The notes beneath the pieces are model-generated. The model saw only the letters and a program-made list of their open reading frames with translations, was not told where the DNA came from and searched no databases. A DNA stretch of 64,000 nucleotides from a virus. Made by a program: the position numbers and the translations under genes. Within the stretch, counting starts at the first letter, position 1. Each line of letters begins with the position of its first letter. The stretch lies in the IMG/VR virus record IMGVR_UViG_3300045806_000017, positions 7,975 to 71,974 of that record. One strand, given 5' to 3'. Shown one piece after another: positions 48,660-57,379 of this stretch.

Positions 48660-49542
48660 GAACTACGAGCAACTACTTCATGCTTGGATTTATGGTGATG
48701 AATCTTTTGAAGGCTACACTACTAATAGAAGACTTTTTGCAGAAGGTAATAATTTATATAGTTATCGTTATGGAGCAATGATTGCTAAGAAATTAGATAA
48801 TCAAACCATATTGGTAGATACACGAAAATTCTCTGTTACTACGAGTAAACAACAAAGATTACTACAAAGAGCTATTCCATTTGACTGGAATGTTATTTAT
48901 GTAGAAGATCCTTCACAAACACCTAAAGTATTAATACAAAGAAGTATTAATAAATTTAAAGAACATTTAGCTAAGATAAAAAATTCACGAGTTAATAAAC
49001 TAATATTTTTAAATGATGCTAATTATGAAAGATTATCTGGTCTTGCATTAGCTTTAATCTTTCCTGAACAGTGTACTCTAGCTAATTTTAGATGGTTAGA
49101 AAACAGAATTGAAGCAACGGATTATATTGATGAAGCTTGGTTAAAGAAACATGAAGAGAAAGAAGCTAATCATATTCTTAAACAACAGAAAGAAGATGAG
49201 TTTAGAGCATTAAAAGGTGAAGAACAGCTTGAAAAGTGGTTAAACTTTGAAGCCAATTCATGTTATTCATATACTGGTTTAACTAGATTAAGATACGATG
49301 AAAAGACTCAAAAAATTAAAACCACACTAGGCATTACAATTCATAAAGATAAAGTAAAAGAATTGTATGATTTACTCAAAGAAAATAAGAGTGTACTTGG
49401 TTTAAAGATTGATAATACTTATACAGTAAAAGCTATAACAGAAGATATTTTAACTATTGGATGTCACAAGTTAGACATTAAACAATTATTAACCTTTGGT
49501 TCAAGAGTATTTAAAAATGAGAACTTTTATCGATCAGTATAA
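48643..49542 (+). CDS. Hypothetical phage protein
   Basis: 299-aa ORF; LYSY..G and S.TTSKQQ patterns; no helicase motifs. Confidence 0.6.
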   Translation: MIKAYKNYEQLLHAWIYGDESFEGYTTNRRLFAEGNNLYSYRYGAMIAKKLDNQTILVDTRKFSVTTSKQQRLLQRAIPFDWNVIYVEDPSQTPKVLIQRSINKFKEHLAKIKNSRVNKLIFLNDANYERLSGLALALIFPEQCTLANFRWLENRIEATDYIDEAWLKKHEEKEANHILKQQKEDEFRALKGEEQLEKWLNFEANSCYSYTGLTRLRYDEKTQKIKTTLGITIHKDKVKELYDLLKENKSVLGLKIDNTYTVKAITEDILTIGCHKLDIKQLLTFGSRVFKNENFYRSV

Positions 49543-49705
49543 CCAAATACACATAGCTAAAAGTGTAAAAGAGTTACAAAGTAATTTAGGAGGAAGATGC
49601 TCTAAAATGTATCAAGATAGTAAAGATGGTACTATATATCATATTGGTTATGTAATTGGTAGTTTATGGTGTATTGAATATGTTGAGAAGAGAATAAAAC
49701 AATGA
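49496..49705 (+). CDS. Hypothetical protein
   Basis: SKMYQD.KDG...HIGYVIG pattern. Confidence 0.55.
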   Translation: MVQEYLKMRTFIDQYNQIHIAKSVKELQSNLGGRCSKMYQDSKDGTIYHIGYVIGSLWCIEYVEKRIKQ

Positions 49706-51267
49706 AACACCTATTACATTATGATTCAACTGAGAATCTCCATATAGCCTTGTTAATGAAAGAAACTTGTCTTTCATTGCCTGAAGTCCAAAAGCATTAT
49801 TTAGAACCTTTAGAGGCTCTAGGATTGGATGTTTCAACTACTATCTCATTCTCACTCAAATATGATAAACCTACAGCTTCTCAAGCCAAGCTGTATCTGA
49901 GTAATTTATTACCTGCACTACAATCATTGAAGATAGATACCGTATTAGTAGCTGACGGCACTTATTTTAAGTACCTAACAGGGGTATCTAAAGTTGATCC
50001 TCACTTAGGATATGTGCTTTCATGTAAAGTAAAGGGATATGAACACATAAACTGTATTCTATCTCTTAATTACAAGGTGTTATTTTATGACCCAAGTAAA
50101 CAGAGCAGAATTGACCTATCACTAACTACTGTAGCTAATCATGTACTTGGTAAGCATAAAGAAATAGGTAGTGATATTATTCACTCAGAGGATTATCCTG
50201 ACACGATAGAAGAAATAGCCTTATGGTTAAATAGGTTACATCAGTATAATGCCTTAACAGTGGATATTGAAGCATTCTCGTTACAGTTTAATGAAGCAGG
50301 TATAGGTACAATTGCATTTGCTTGGGATGAACATAATGGTATTGCTTTTTGTTGCGATGAAAAGCAACAAGAAAATTACATATTTTCAAATACTAAAGTA
50401 AAAAAATTACTTAGAGAATTCTTTGAATCGTTTAAAGGAAAGCTCATATATCACAATGTAGGTTATGACACCAAGGTTCTACTATATGAATTATTCATGA
50501 ATAATTTATTAGACCAGAAAGGATTACTTCATGGTTTAGATGTAATGACTAAGAATATTGATGATACGAAACTCATTACATACTTAGCTACTAATTCATG
50601 TGCTGGTAATACATTAGGTCTTAAACCAAATACACATGAGTATAGTGGAAATTATAGTGTTGATGTAACAGATATTCGTTTAGTACCAAAACAAGACTTA
50701 CTCCGCTATAACTTAGTTGATGCACTTTCAACTTGGTATCTCTACAAAAAGAACTATCCAATAATGGTAGCTGATAATCAACTTGATATTTATAACACTA
50801 TCTTTATTCCTTCTGTAAAAGTAATTCTTCAGATGGAGCTTACAGGTATGTGTTTAGACATGAACCAAGTTCTTAAAGCAGAACAAGAGTTGATAGCTAT
50901 TAAAGATATTCAGTTAGCTCAGATACAAGATAATCCTTTAATTAAGAAGTTGGAGGAAACACTTACTAATCAAGCTTGGTTCAAGGATTTTGAAGATAGA
51001 AAAGCTAAAGCTAAGAAACCTGAGAATATCAAACCAAGAGAAATACCTAAACCAGTTACATTCAATCCAGGTAGCCCTAAACAGTTAATTGAGTTGGTTT
51101 ACAATCAATTAGGTTTTGAGATTACTGATAGAACAAATACTGGTTTAGGTGCAACAGGTGGGAAAGTATTACTTAAAAAATACAATCAATTGTTATCACA
51201 ATTCAATTTAACAGAAGATTCATTTAAATTAGATGAGTCATTACAACAAATATTTGAAGAAGATTAA
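49702..51267 (+). CDS. DNA polymerase (family A), N-terminal part: UDG-like domain, 3'-5' exonuclease and start of thumb
   Basis: VDIEAFSL (Exo I), YHNVGYD (Exo II), YNLVD (Exo III), MELTG and FNPGSPKQL. Confidence 0.9.
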   Translation: MKHLLHYDSTENLHIALLMKETCLSLPEVQKHYLEPLEALGLDVSTTISFSLKYDKPTASQAKLYLSNLLPALQSLKIDTVLVADGTYFKYLTGVSKVDPHLGYVLSCKVKGYEHINCILSLNYKVLFYDPSKQSRIDLSLTTVANHVLGKHKEIGSDIIHSEDYPDTIEEIALWLNRLHQYNALTVDIEAFSLQFNEAGIGTIAFAWDEHNGIAFCCDEKQQENYIFSNTKVKKLLREFFESFKGKLIYHNVGYDTKVLLYELFMNNLLDQKGLLHGLDVMTKNIDDTKLITYLATNSCAGNTLGLKPNTHEYSGNYSVDVTDIRLVPKQDLLRYNLVDALSTWYLYKKNYPIMVADNQLDIYNTIFIPSVKVILQMELTGMCLDMNQVLKAEQELIAIKDIQLAQIQDNPLIKKLEETLTNQAWFKDFEDRKAKAKKPENIKPREIPKPVTFNPGSPKQLIELVYNQLGFEITDRTNTGLGATGGKVLLKKYNQLLSQFNLTEDSFKLDESLQQIFEED

Positions 51268-51490
51268 TATGAAACATATTTACTTTGAAGCAAGAAAAGA
51301 AGAAGAGGAATTTGTTCTTAAAGCAGCTAAATATTTTAAAGAGAATCTCCAACATAATACCTTCACAGAGGCTGATATTGTACCAGGTTGTTGGTTTGCT
51401 ATGAGATGGGGATTAAATAGAAATGGTGTACTTGTCTTTAAGTTAGATGAATTCTCTGAACCAACTAATTATATGGAAATTATTAAATGA
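51233..51490 (+). CDS. Hypothetical protein inside the split polymerase locus
   Basis: ORF coupled to its neighbours; no HNH or GIY-YIG motif. Confidence 0.6.
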   Translation: MSHYNKYLKKINMKHIYFEARKEEEEFVLKAAKYFKENLQHNTFTEADIVPGCWFAMRWGLNRNGVLVFKLDEFSEPTNYMEIIK

Positions 51491-51648
51491 AACAGATTGG
51501 GTATATTGCACTCTACAAAGATATTCGTCTTGAAATACCATTAGAAGATGCTAAAGATATATATGCTGCAAAACTCATAGCAATTAAATATTGTAATATT
51601 CCAAAATCAAAACAAGATCTTTTAAGTATAGAGCCAAGATATGAATAA
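51487..51648 (+). CDS. Small hypothetical protein (53 aa) inside the split polymerase locus
   Basis: MKQIGYIALYKDIRLEIP...IEPRYE; overlaps the upstream stop and the downstream ATG. Confidence 0.6.
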   Translation: MKQIGYIALYKDIRLEIPLEDAKDIYAAKLIAIKYCNIPKSKQDLLSIEPRYE

Positions 51649-52741
51649 ACAAGAAGCAATAGAAATTGCTAAACTACTGAAAGCTTTAATTGAGTTATCA
51701 GCAGTCGATAAGATTCTAGGAACTTTCATTAAAGCATTTAAAGAGAAGTCTATCTTAAAAGATGATGGTTACTACTACCTACATAGTTCGATTAACTTGG
51801 GAGCATGTGTTAGTGGAAGAATGTCTTCTCCACTGCTTATGACTATACCTAGTCACTCTAAATACGCAAAAGTAATAAAGAAATGTTTTGTTGCTCCAAA
51901 AGGATACTTAATGTGTTCAGCAGACTTCAATAGCTTAGAGAGTGTTGTAAATGCTCTTATAACAAAAGATCCTAACAAGTTAAGACCACTGATAGAGGGT
52001 ATTGATAGTCACTGTTTTAATAGCTTTTATTATTATCCAAATAAGTTAAAAGATATTGAAAATACTAAAGATTCATTAAATTCTATCAAAGGTAAGTATG
52101 CTGACATCAGACAAGATAGTAAACCAATATCCTTTGCACTTCAGTACGCTGGTACATGGAGTACCTTAGTAAATAACTGTGGTATTCCTGTATTTGATGC
52201 TAAACAAATAGAAGCTAACTATCATAAGCTTTATATAGTTTCTGATAATTGGACTGAAGAAAAACTAAACCAAGCATCTAAAGATGGGTATATAACCGTA
52301 GCATTTGGTTTAAGGGTAAGAACACCTATTCTTAAACAAACTATATTAGGTACTAAGAACACACCAAATGAAGCTAAACAAGAGGGAAGAACAGTAGGTA
52401 ATGCTATGGGAGGACAATCATATTCAATGCTTAATAACCGTGCTGTAATTGACTTACAACAACGTATTTTAAACTCCAAATATAAATATGATATTAAGCC
52501 TATAGCAACAATACACGATGCTTTATACTTTCTTGTAAAGAACACTGTTGGATGTATAGAGTGGTTTAACAACAATCTGATAGAGTGTATGCGATGGGAT
52601 AATTTACCTGAACTACAACATGACATAGTTAAGTTAGGTGCAGAGTTATCTATTCATTATCCAAATTGGTCTTATGAAATAGGAATTCCTAATAATTCCA
52701 ATAAACAACAAATTTTAAACATCTGTAAGGAACATAAATGA
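51641..52741 (+). CDS. DNA polymerase (family A), C-terminal polymerase domain
   Basis: SGRMSS; ADFNSLE (motif A); RQDSKPISFALQYAG (motif B); IHDA (motif C). Confidence 0.92.
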   Translation: MNKQEAIEIAKLLKALIELSAVDKILGTFIKAFKEKSILKDDGYYYLHSSINLGACVSGRMSSPLLMTIPSHSKYAKVIKKCFVAPKGYLMCSADFNSLESVVNALITKDPNKLRPLIEGIDSHCFNSFYYYPNKLKDIENTKDSLNSIKGKYADIRQDSKPISFALQYAGTWSTLVNNCGIPVFDAKQIEANYHKLYIVSDNWTEEKLNQASKDGYITVAFGLRVRTPILKQTILGTKNTPNEAKQEGRTVGNAMGGQSYSMLNNRAVIDLQQRILNSKYKYDIKPIATIHDALYFLVKNTVGCIEWFNNNLIECMRWDNLPELQHDIVKLGAELSIHYPNWSYEIGIPNNSNKQQILNICKEHK

Positions 52742-52998
52742 AGAAATATAAGTATACTTTCTGGAATGGAATGGTTGAAGTTCCTAACGGTGAGTATGTA
52801 AAAGAAAAAGAAGCTTGTATATATTTACAGCACTGGATAAATAATCAATCTAAACTAGAAAAGATTATCGAATCTCAACAACTAGATTGGTATGAGTTAC
52901 ATACAAAATACGGTGATGAAAGAATACTTTCTTTATTACTTACTGCTGGAATACTGTTCTCAGTATTCTTTAACATTTTTCAATTTTTAATAAAATAA
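52738..52998 (+). CDS. Hypothetical membrane-anchored protein
   Basis: C-terminal hydrophobic helix. Confidence 0.55.
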   Translation: MKKYKYTFWNGMVEVPNGEYVKEKEACIYLQHWINNQSKLEKIIESQQLDWYELHTKYGDERILSLLLTAGILFSVFFNIFQFLIK

Positions 52999-52999
52999 T

Positions 53000-53215
53000 A
53001 TGGAACATAATATAAAAGGATTTACCAATGAAATACAAGAACAAAAGAGCATATTAATAGACATAGGATTAATAATAGAATTTGGTTTAAGAGATTATAA
53101 AGAATATCTTAAATCATTATTCTATGAGCCAATGTCTCTTAAAACGAGTGCTTTCATTAGACACTTATATTATTTATCTGAAACACGATTAGAGGAGATA
53201 CTTCAAAAGCTATGA
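53000..53215 (+). CDS. Hypothetical protein
   Basis: Coupled ORF. Confidence 0.5.
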   Translation: MEHNIKGFTNEIQEQKSILIDIGLIIEFGLRDYKEYLKSLFYEPMSLKTSAFIRHLYYLSETRLEEILQKL

Positions 53216-53460
53216 ATAAATCAACACTACTACAAACTAGTGCAACTGCACACTTATTGATTACAAGAATTAATACTGTCCTTGAGTTAAGTAACAAAGA
53301 AGTTGCTGATAGAGAAAGACATAACGCAAATCCTAATAAGCATTTTACCTATGCTGCTAAACCTGATTTGATTGTATCTAACACAAAAGCTAACGGTGCT
53401 GTAAGAAGAATTTCAATGGAGTTAAGTAGACTATTGACAGATTTACGTCAAAACAGGTAA
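53212..53460 (+). CDS. Hypothetical protein
   Basis: C-terminal GAVRRISMELSRLLTDLR. Confidence 0.6.
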   Translation: MNKSTLLQTSATAHLLITRINTVLELSNKEVADRERHNANPNKHFTYAAKPDLIVSNTKANGAVRRISMELSRLLTDLRQNR

Positions 53461-53470
53461 TATTTTAATT

Positions 53471-53486
53471 GTGGTCTTACGACCAC
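53471..53486. promoter_or_regulatory. Hairpin family, copy 7
   Basis: GTGGTC-TTAC-GACCAC. Confidence 0.55.
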
Positions 53487-53543
53487 TAACACCCACAACA
53501 TAAAAGGATTTTGATATGTTTTTAACAATAATAATGTATATAC

Positions 53544-54192
53544 TTAGGAGGTTTTATGTAACACTTACGAGTGAGTGCAACGTTAGCACATTTAAATTAC
53601 TAAGGATTAAATCTATAACTATGTTCGTAAGAAGTTTCTTAAACCTCCTAAACCATTTCGAAGAAATAACAGTGTTTCGTTAGTATAGCTACGGATAACC
53701 TGACTTGTCCATAACAGCTCAGGGCGTAAGAATATCGAATTCCTATTTTACCTACGAATAGTAAAAAGGGATATTACTTAACTTTTAAAGAGACATCCAA
53801 TGGCTAATAAAAAGAAAGGTGGTGGTGGTAAACCACCCAAGTGTTAAACTAAAGTTCTTTATTCAAGAACATAATTCTCATAACTGAGGAGTGCATTTCC
53901 CCACTCAATAAAAGGGATACTAATTTTATATTTCGTGTTATTAGGTCTGATATACCTAACTATCAATAAACCAATTATCTGTTCCAAATTTATAAGTCTA
54001 CCCAAATGTAGGTAAGAGAACGATTATTCCACTTATAAACCAAACTATGTGATGCGCACATGGTATTTACCGAAGAGGTCAAATCCTCACACTAAACCTA
54101 TACAGTTATGCTGTATGGGTTCTTTTTTAAGTGCTTTAGAGCGTTAGTCCTCTAATGTAATATGTATAGCCATATATTTCTAAAGCACTTAA
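53544..54192 (+). ncRNA. Putative structured ncRNA tract with stem-closed units ending in CCA
   Basis: No substantial ORF; more than 10 manually paired stems; TAAACCA four times; terminator at 54095-54128. Confidence 0.55.
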
Positions 54193-54365
54193 CAAAGATG
54201 AATAATCCTATAAATCTATACAATGCACCATTACATTGGTTCAATGTAATAAAATTTAAACCATGTTCTTGTAATAAGAATCCTAATTGTAGTATCTGTC
54301 ATGGATACTTTCTCATAAGAGATAATAAAAATGAACCCACTCAACAATACACCCTTAAATACTAA
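54162..54365 (+). CDS. Small Cys-rich protein (start probably 54198)
   Basis: CSC...CSICHG. Confidence 0.5.
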   Translation: MYSHIFLKHLTKMNNPINLYNAPLHWFNVIKFKPCSCNKNPNCSICHGYFLIRDNKNEPTQQYTLKY

Positions 54366-54513
54366 AAAAGTATTTGTTATGGGTACAGACCATTCAGGAT
54401 GTGAAATATATCTTCCTGTCGATTCTTATGATGAATTAGTAATTCAAACCAAGAAACAAGAATTACAACAGTTCCTATTCAACCAACCTTTACCAAAAAA
54501 GGAGTTAGCATAG
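54331..54513 (+). CDS. Hypothetical protein
   Basis: ORF in operon. Confidence 0.5.
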   Translation: MNPLNNTPLNTKKVFVMGTDHSGCEIYLPVDSYDELVIQTKKQELQQFLFNQPLPKKELA

Positions 54514-54737
54514 TGTCATTTGAAAATATGGTTGACGCAGACCTAGGTTCTGCTTTTGAACAAAAACATTTAGAAACGAGATTAGCTAACAGAATCAAAT
54601 ATTCTGAATGGGATGGTAATCCAAGACAATGTTATTCATGTGGTAGAGGTATTGAAGAAGTAAGATTAAAACTGTTAAATGCTACTCAATGTAGTAGTTG
54701 TGTAAAACAAAAAGATGAGGATGAAGATGAAGTATAA
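54513..54737 (+). CDS. DksA/TraR-like C4 zinc-finger protein
   Basis: CYSCGRGIEEVRL.....QCSSC; AAGGAG RBS. Confidence 0.75.
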   Translation: MSFENMVDADLGSAFEQKHLETRLANRIKYSEWDGNPRQCYSCGRGIEEVRLKLLNATQCSSCVKQKDEDEDEV

Positions 54738-55167
54738 ACCAGGAGATATTGTTAGATTTTCTACAGAAGCAGAAAATCACGTCGGTATTAAAGGTACAGC
54801 TATTATTGATTCATATAAAGGAGCAGATAGATATTTCCTTAAAGAATTTCCTACAGCACATCATTCAGATTGGTTTACTTTAGTAATACCTAAAGAAGGT
54901 ATTAAACATGATTCAGGTAAACTAAGATATTCTTTACTTCCTTGGAATGCTTTAAAAGAAGTAGCTAAGGTACTTGAGTTTGGTACAGTTAAATACAGTG
55001 TTAATAATTGGCAGAAGATAGAACCACAAAGGTATGAAGATGCTGCTATGAGACACTTAGTAGCTATCCTAGAAGGTGAATGGATAGATGAAGAATCTAA
55101 CTTACCTCATGCAGCTCACTGTATATGTTGCTTACTATTCTTAATATGGTTTAAATTAAATGAATAG
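54715..55167 (+). CDS. dATP/dGTP diphosphohydrolase-domain protein (DUF5664-like)
   Basis: GIKHDSGKLRYSLLP...VLEFG..KY..NNW...AAMRHL...DEESNLPHAAH. Confidence 0.85.
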   Translation: MRMKMKYKPGDIVRFSTEAENHVGIKGTAIIDSYKGADRYFLKEFPTAHHSDWFTLVIPKEGIKHDSGKLRYSLLPWNALKEVAKVLEFGTVKYSVNNWQKIEPQRYEDAAMRHLVAILEGEWIDEESNLPHAAHCICCLLFLIWFKLNE

Positions 55168-55525
55168 AATATTTCTAACATTATTACTTTTACCTTTTCA
55201 TACACAAGCATTAACAAAATCTGAACAAGTGTGTGCTGCAAGAAATATTTATTTTGAAGCAAGAGAAGATAAAGCATCTTGGCTTAAGGTATTGCAAGTT
55301 GCTAATAATCGTACACAACATCCAAAGAAATATGGAGCTAAGTCATCTAACCTATGTGACATAGTACATAGCTCACAATATACGACAAGACGGTTTAAGC
55401 GTATTAAAGAGCTTAAGACATACAAAGAGATTACTTTGTTTATATTACGTCATAAACAGCCATTACGTTCAAATTTGACGTACTTTAGTGGACATCATAA
55501 GTTACATTTTCGGAGTCACTTTTGA
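55160..55525 (+). CDS. Cell-wall hydrolase (SleB/Hydrolase_2-like)
   Basis: Signal peptide; CAARNIYFEAR...VANNR...LCDIV...QY. Confidence 0.75.
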   Translation: MNRIFLTLLLLPFHTQALTKSEQVCAARNIYFEAREDKASWLKVLQVANNRTQHPKKYGAKSSNLCDIVHSSQYTTRRFKRIKELKTYKEITLFILRHKQPLRSNLTYFSGHHKLHFRSHF

Positions 55526-55713
55526 AACTATACGAAATACCAAAAGAATCTATTATTTACATAGAATGTAGTGATGGTAGTTCATACCTTACATTTAAAC
55601 ATCTTGATGGTGCATATTCCTACTGTATAACAGAACATGGAAATGTAAATCATCTAAGTGTAAATACAGAATTAGAACCAATATCACAAACAGAGTTTAT
55701 TCTTAAGGAATAG
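55522..55713 (+). CDS. Hypothetical protein
   Basis: FKHLDGAYSYC pattern. Confidence 0.55.
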   Translation: MKLYEIPKESIIYIECSDGSSYLTFKHLDGAYSYCITEHGNVNHLSVNTELEPISQTEFILKE

Positions 55714-55714
55714 T

Positions 55715-56290
55715 ATGACAAATATGCAAGTAATAAAACTTGAAGAGCATGGTTATCAATCAGCACTTAAAGGATTAGCTTTAAGCTATTTCCGTGAAGG
55801 ACAAGATTTTAATGAATGGTTTACATGGGATAAGCTAAAAAAAGCTGAGAAGCAGTTACAGAACTTAGCTTTTAAAGGTGGAGGACATAACAAAGCTTTA
55901 GCAAGTATTTTTACTTGGTGGTTAGTTACAGCACCTAGAGGATGGTGGGTTGAGTATGATACTTACAAAGTAGCTACAACAGCTAATAGTGCAAGCACAA
56001 TGCACACTCTTTCTAAAGAGTTAGTAACCAAAGAGCATTTTGCTTCTGGTACATCACAAACAATTATTGATAATCTTAATGAGTTAATTACTTCTGGTGC
56101 AGATGTAACAACTCTTAAAATGAATCTACCTGAAAGTTATTTACAAACAAGAGAAATTTGTATTAATTACATGACCCTTCAGAACATCATTAAACAACGT
56201 ACAGGACATAGATTAAAGATGTGGGATACGTTTATTAATAGAATTTTAGCTCAAGTAGAACATCCAAATTTATTAAGACAGGAAATATAA
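55715..56290 (+). CDS. ThyX-like (thymidylate synthase-complementing fold) protein
   Basis: GHNKAL...APRGWWVEYDTYKV...NSASTMH...LPESYLQTR...NYMTL..I..QR..HRL; lacks the canonical RHR motif. Confidence 0.6.
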   Translation: MTNMQVIKLEEHGYQSALKGLALSYFREGQDFNEWFTWDKLKKAEKQLQNLAFKGGGHNKALASIFTWWLVTAPRGWWVEYDTYKVATTANSASTMHTLSKELVTKEHFASGTSQTIIDNLNELITSGADVTTLKMNLPESYLQTREICINYMTLQNIIKQRTGHRLKMWDTFINRILAQVEHPNLLRQEI

Positions 56291-56291
56291 A

Positions 56292-56489
56292 ATGATTCTA
56301 AGTGAATTGAGTATTGGTGATACATTCACCATTGATATAGGTAACTATATGAAAATTGACTCTAATACAGATAACTTTAAGATTACGGATTTAGATGAGT
56401 ATTTTGATATGAGTAACTATTTGTTTGTTCTAAACCTAGATACTTCAACTTTAGGTGTCTTATTAAACACGCAAGAGGTAACAATATGA
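56292..56489 (+). CDS. Hypothetical protein
   Basis: ORF in operon. Confidence 0.5.
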   Translation: MILSELSIGDTFTIDIGNYMKIDSNTDNFKITDLDEYFDMSNYLFVLNLDTSTLGVLLNTQEVTI

Positions 56490-56875
56490 CAGATATGATT
56501 ATAGACCAATCCAGCTTTATGTACTTAGGTAATCAGAGTACAACTACAATGAACCAAGAACAAATGACTTTGTATAAGGGTCTTATTGAAGAAGAAGTAG
56601 AAGAATTATGTGAAGCTTTGTTTTATAAAAGAAACGAAGAAATCGTCAAAGAAGCTTGTGATGTAATTGTAGTTACACTTGGTTTACTTTTAAGCATGGG
56701 TATTAATGTTCATAAGGCTTGGCGTTTAGTACATAAAAACAACATTAGTAAGGTATCAAACCAAGATGCTATTGTTAAAGATGAGAATGGTAAGATTATG
56801 AAATCAGAAGAATCTAATGCAAGAAAAGCTAAGATGATGTCTGAAATATCTGCTTTACTACAAAAGGATTATTAA
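56486..56875 (+). CDS. MazG-like NTP pyrophosphohydrolase
   Basis: LIEEEVEEL...KEACD...VHKNNISK...GKIMK. Confidence 0.85.
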   Translation: MTDMIIDQSSFMYLGNQSTTTMNQEQMTLYKGLIEEEVEELCEALFYKRNEEIVKEACDVIVVTLGLLLSMGINVHKAWRLVHKNNISKVSNQDAIVKDENGKIMKSEESNARKAKMMSEISALLQKDY

Positions 56876-57160
56876 ATGTATATCACAGTTAGTGAGTCAA
56901 AGTTTCATGATACTTTTAATACTGTAAGACCTGATAACTTTAGTTATGAAGGTAGAAAAGCATTGTTTGAATACTTGGAAGGATTAGAAGAAGATACTAA
57001 TCCCATAGAATTAGATGTAATAGCTTTGTGTTGTGATTACTCAGAAGACTCAAATGAGAATCATCTGTCTAATTATGGTTTAGATTCTATAGAAGAATTA
57101 GCAGAACACACTACTGTAATTATAGTAGATGATGAAACATCAATCATTCAGGACTTTTAA
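56876..57160 (+). CDS. Acidic hypothetical phage protein
   Basis: FSYEG..ALFEYLE...ELDVIALCCDYSE. Confidence 0.65.
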   Translation: MYITVSESKFHDTFNTVRPDNFSYEGRKALFEYLEGLEEDTNPIELDVIALCCDYSEDSNENHLSNYGLDSIEELAEHTTVIIVDDETSIIQDF

Positions 57161-57379
57161 ATGACTATAACTCAACAAAAAGCATTAGCATTTATATTCT
57201 GTGAACCTATTACTGAAGATTTATGGAATAGATTAATGATAGATAAATTAACAGAGGAAGATGTTGTTTGGGAGTTATTTGAAGATAGGTATGATATTCG
57301 TGAAATTGCTATTGATTTAGAACAAAACTTTAAAGAAGTCTTTGACTTAGGTTATCAACGTGCGTATGAAGGAGAATAA
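57161..57379 (+). CDS. Acidic hypothetical protein
   Basis: ORF in operon. Confidence 0.55.
   Translation: MTITQQKALAFIFCEPITEDLWNRLMIDKLTEEDVVWELFEDRYDIREIAIDLEQNFKEVFDLGYQRAYEGE

Noticed and set aside
51268-51640. Group I intron or split intein in the DNA polymerase gap
   Set aside because: The gap is fully occupied by two coupled ORFs. There are no intein terminal residues, and no recognisable intron core or endonuclease.
54715-56875. Z-genome or 7-deazaguanine modification pathway
   Set aside because: Only pyrophosphohydrolase-like genes are present; no PurZ, DpdA, FolE or QueC/D/E was recognised.
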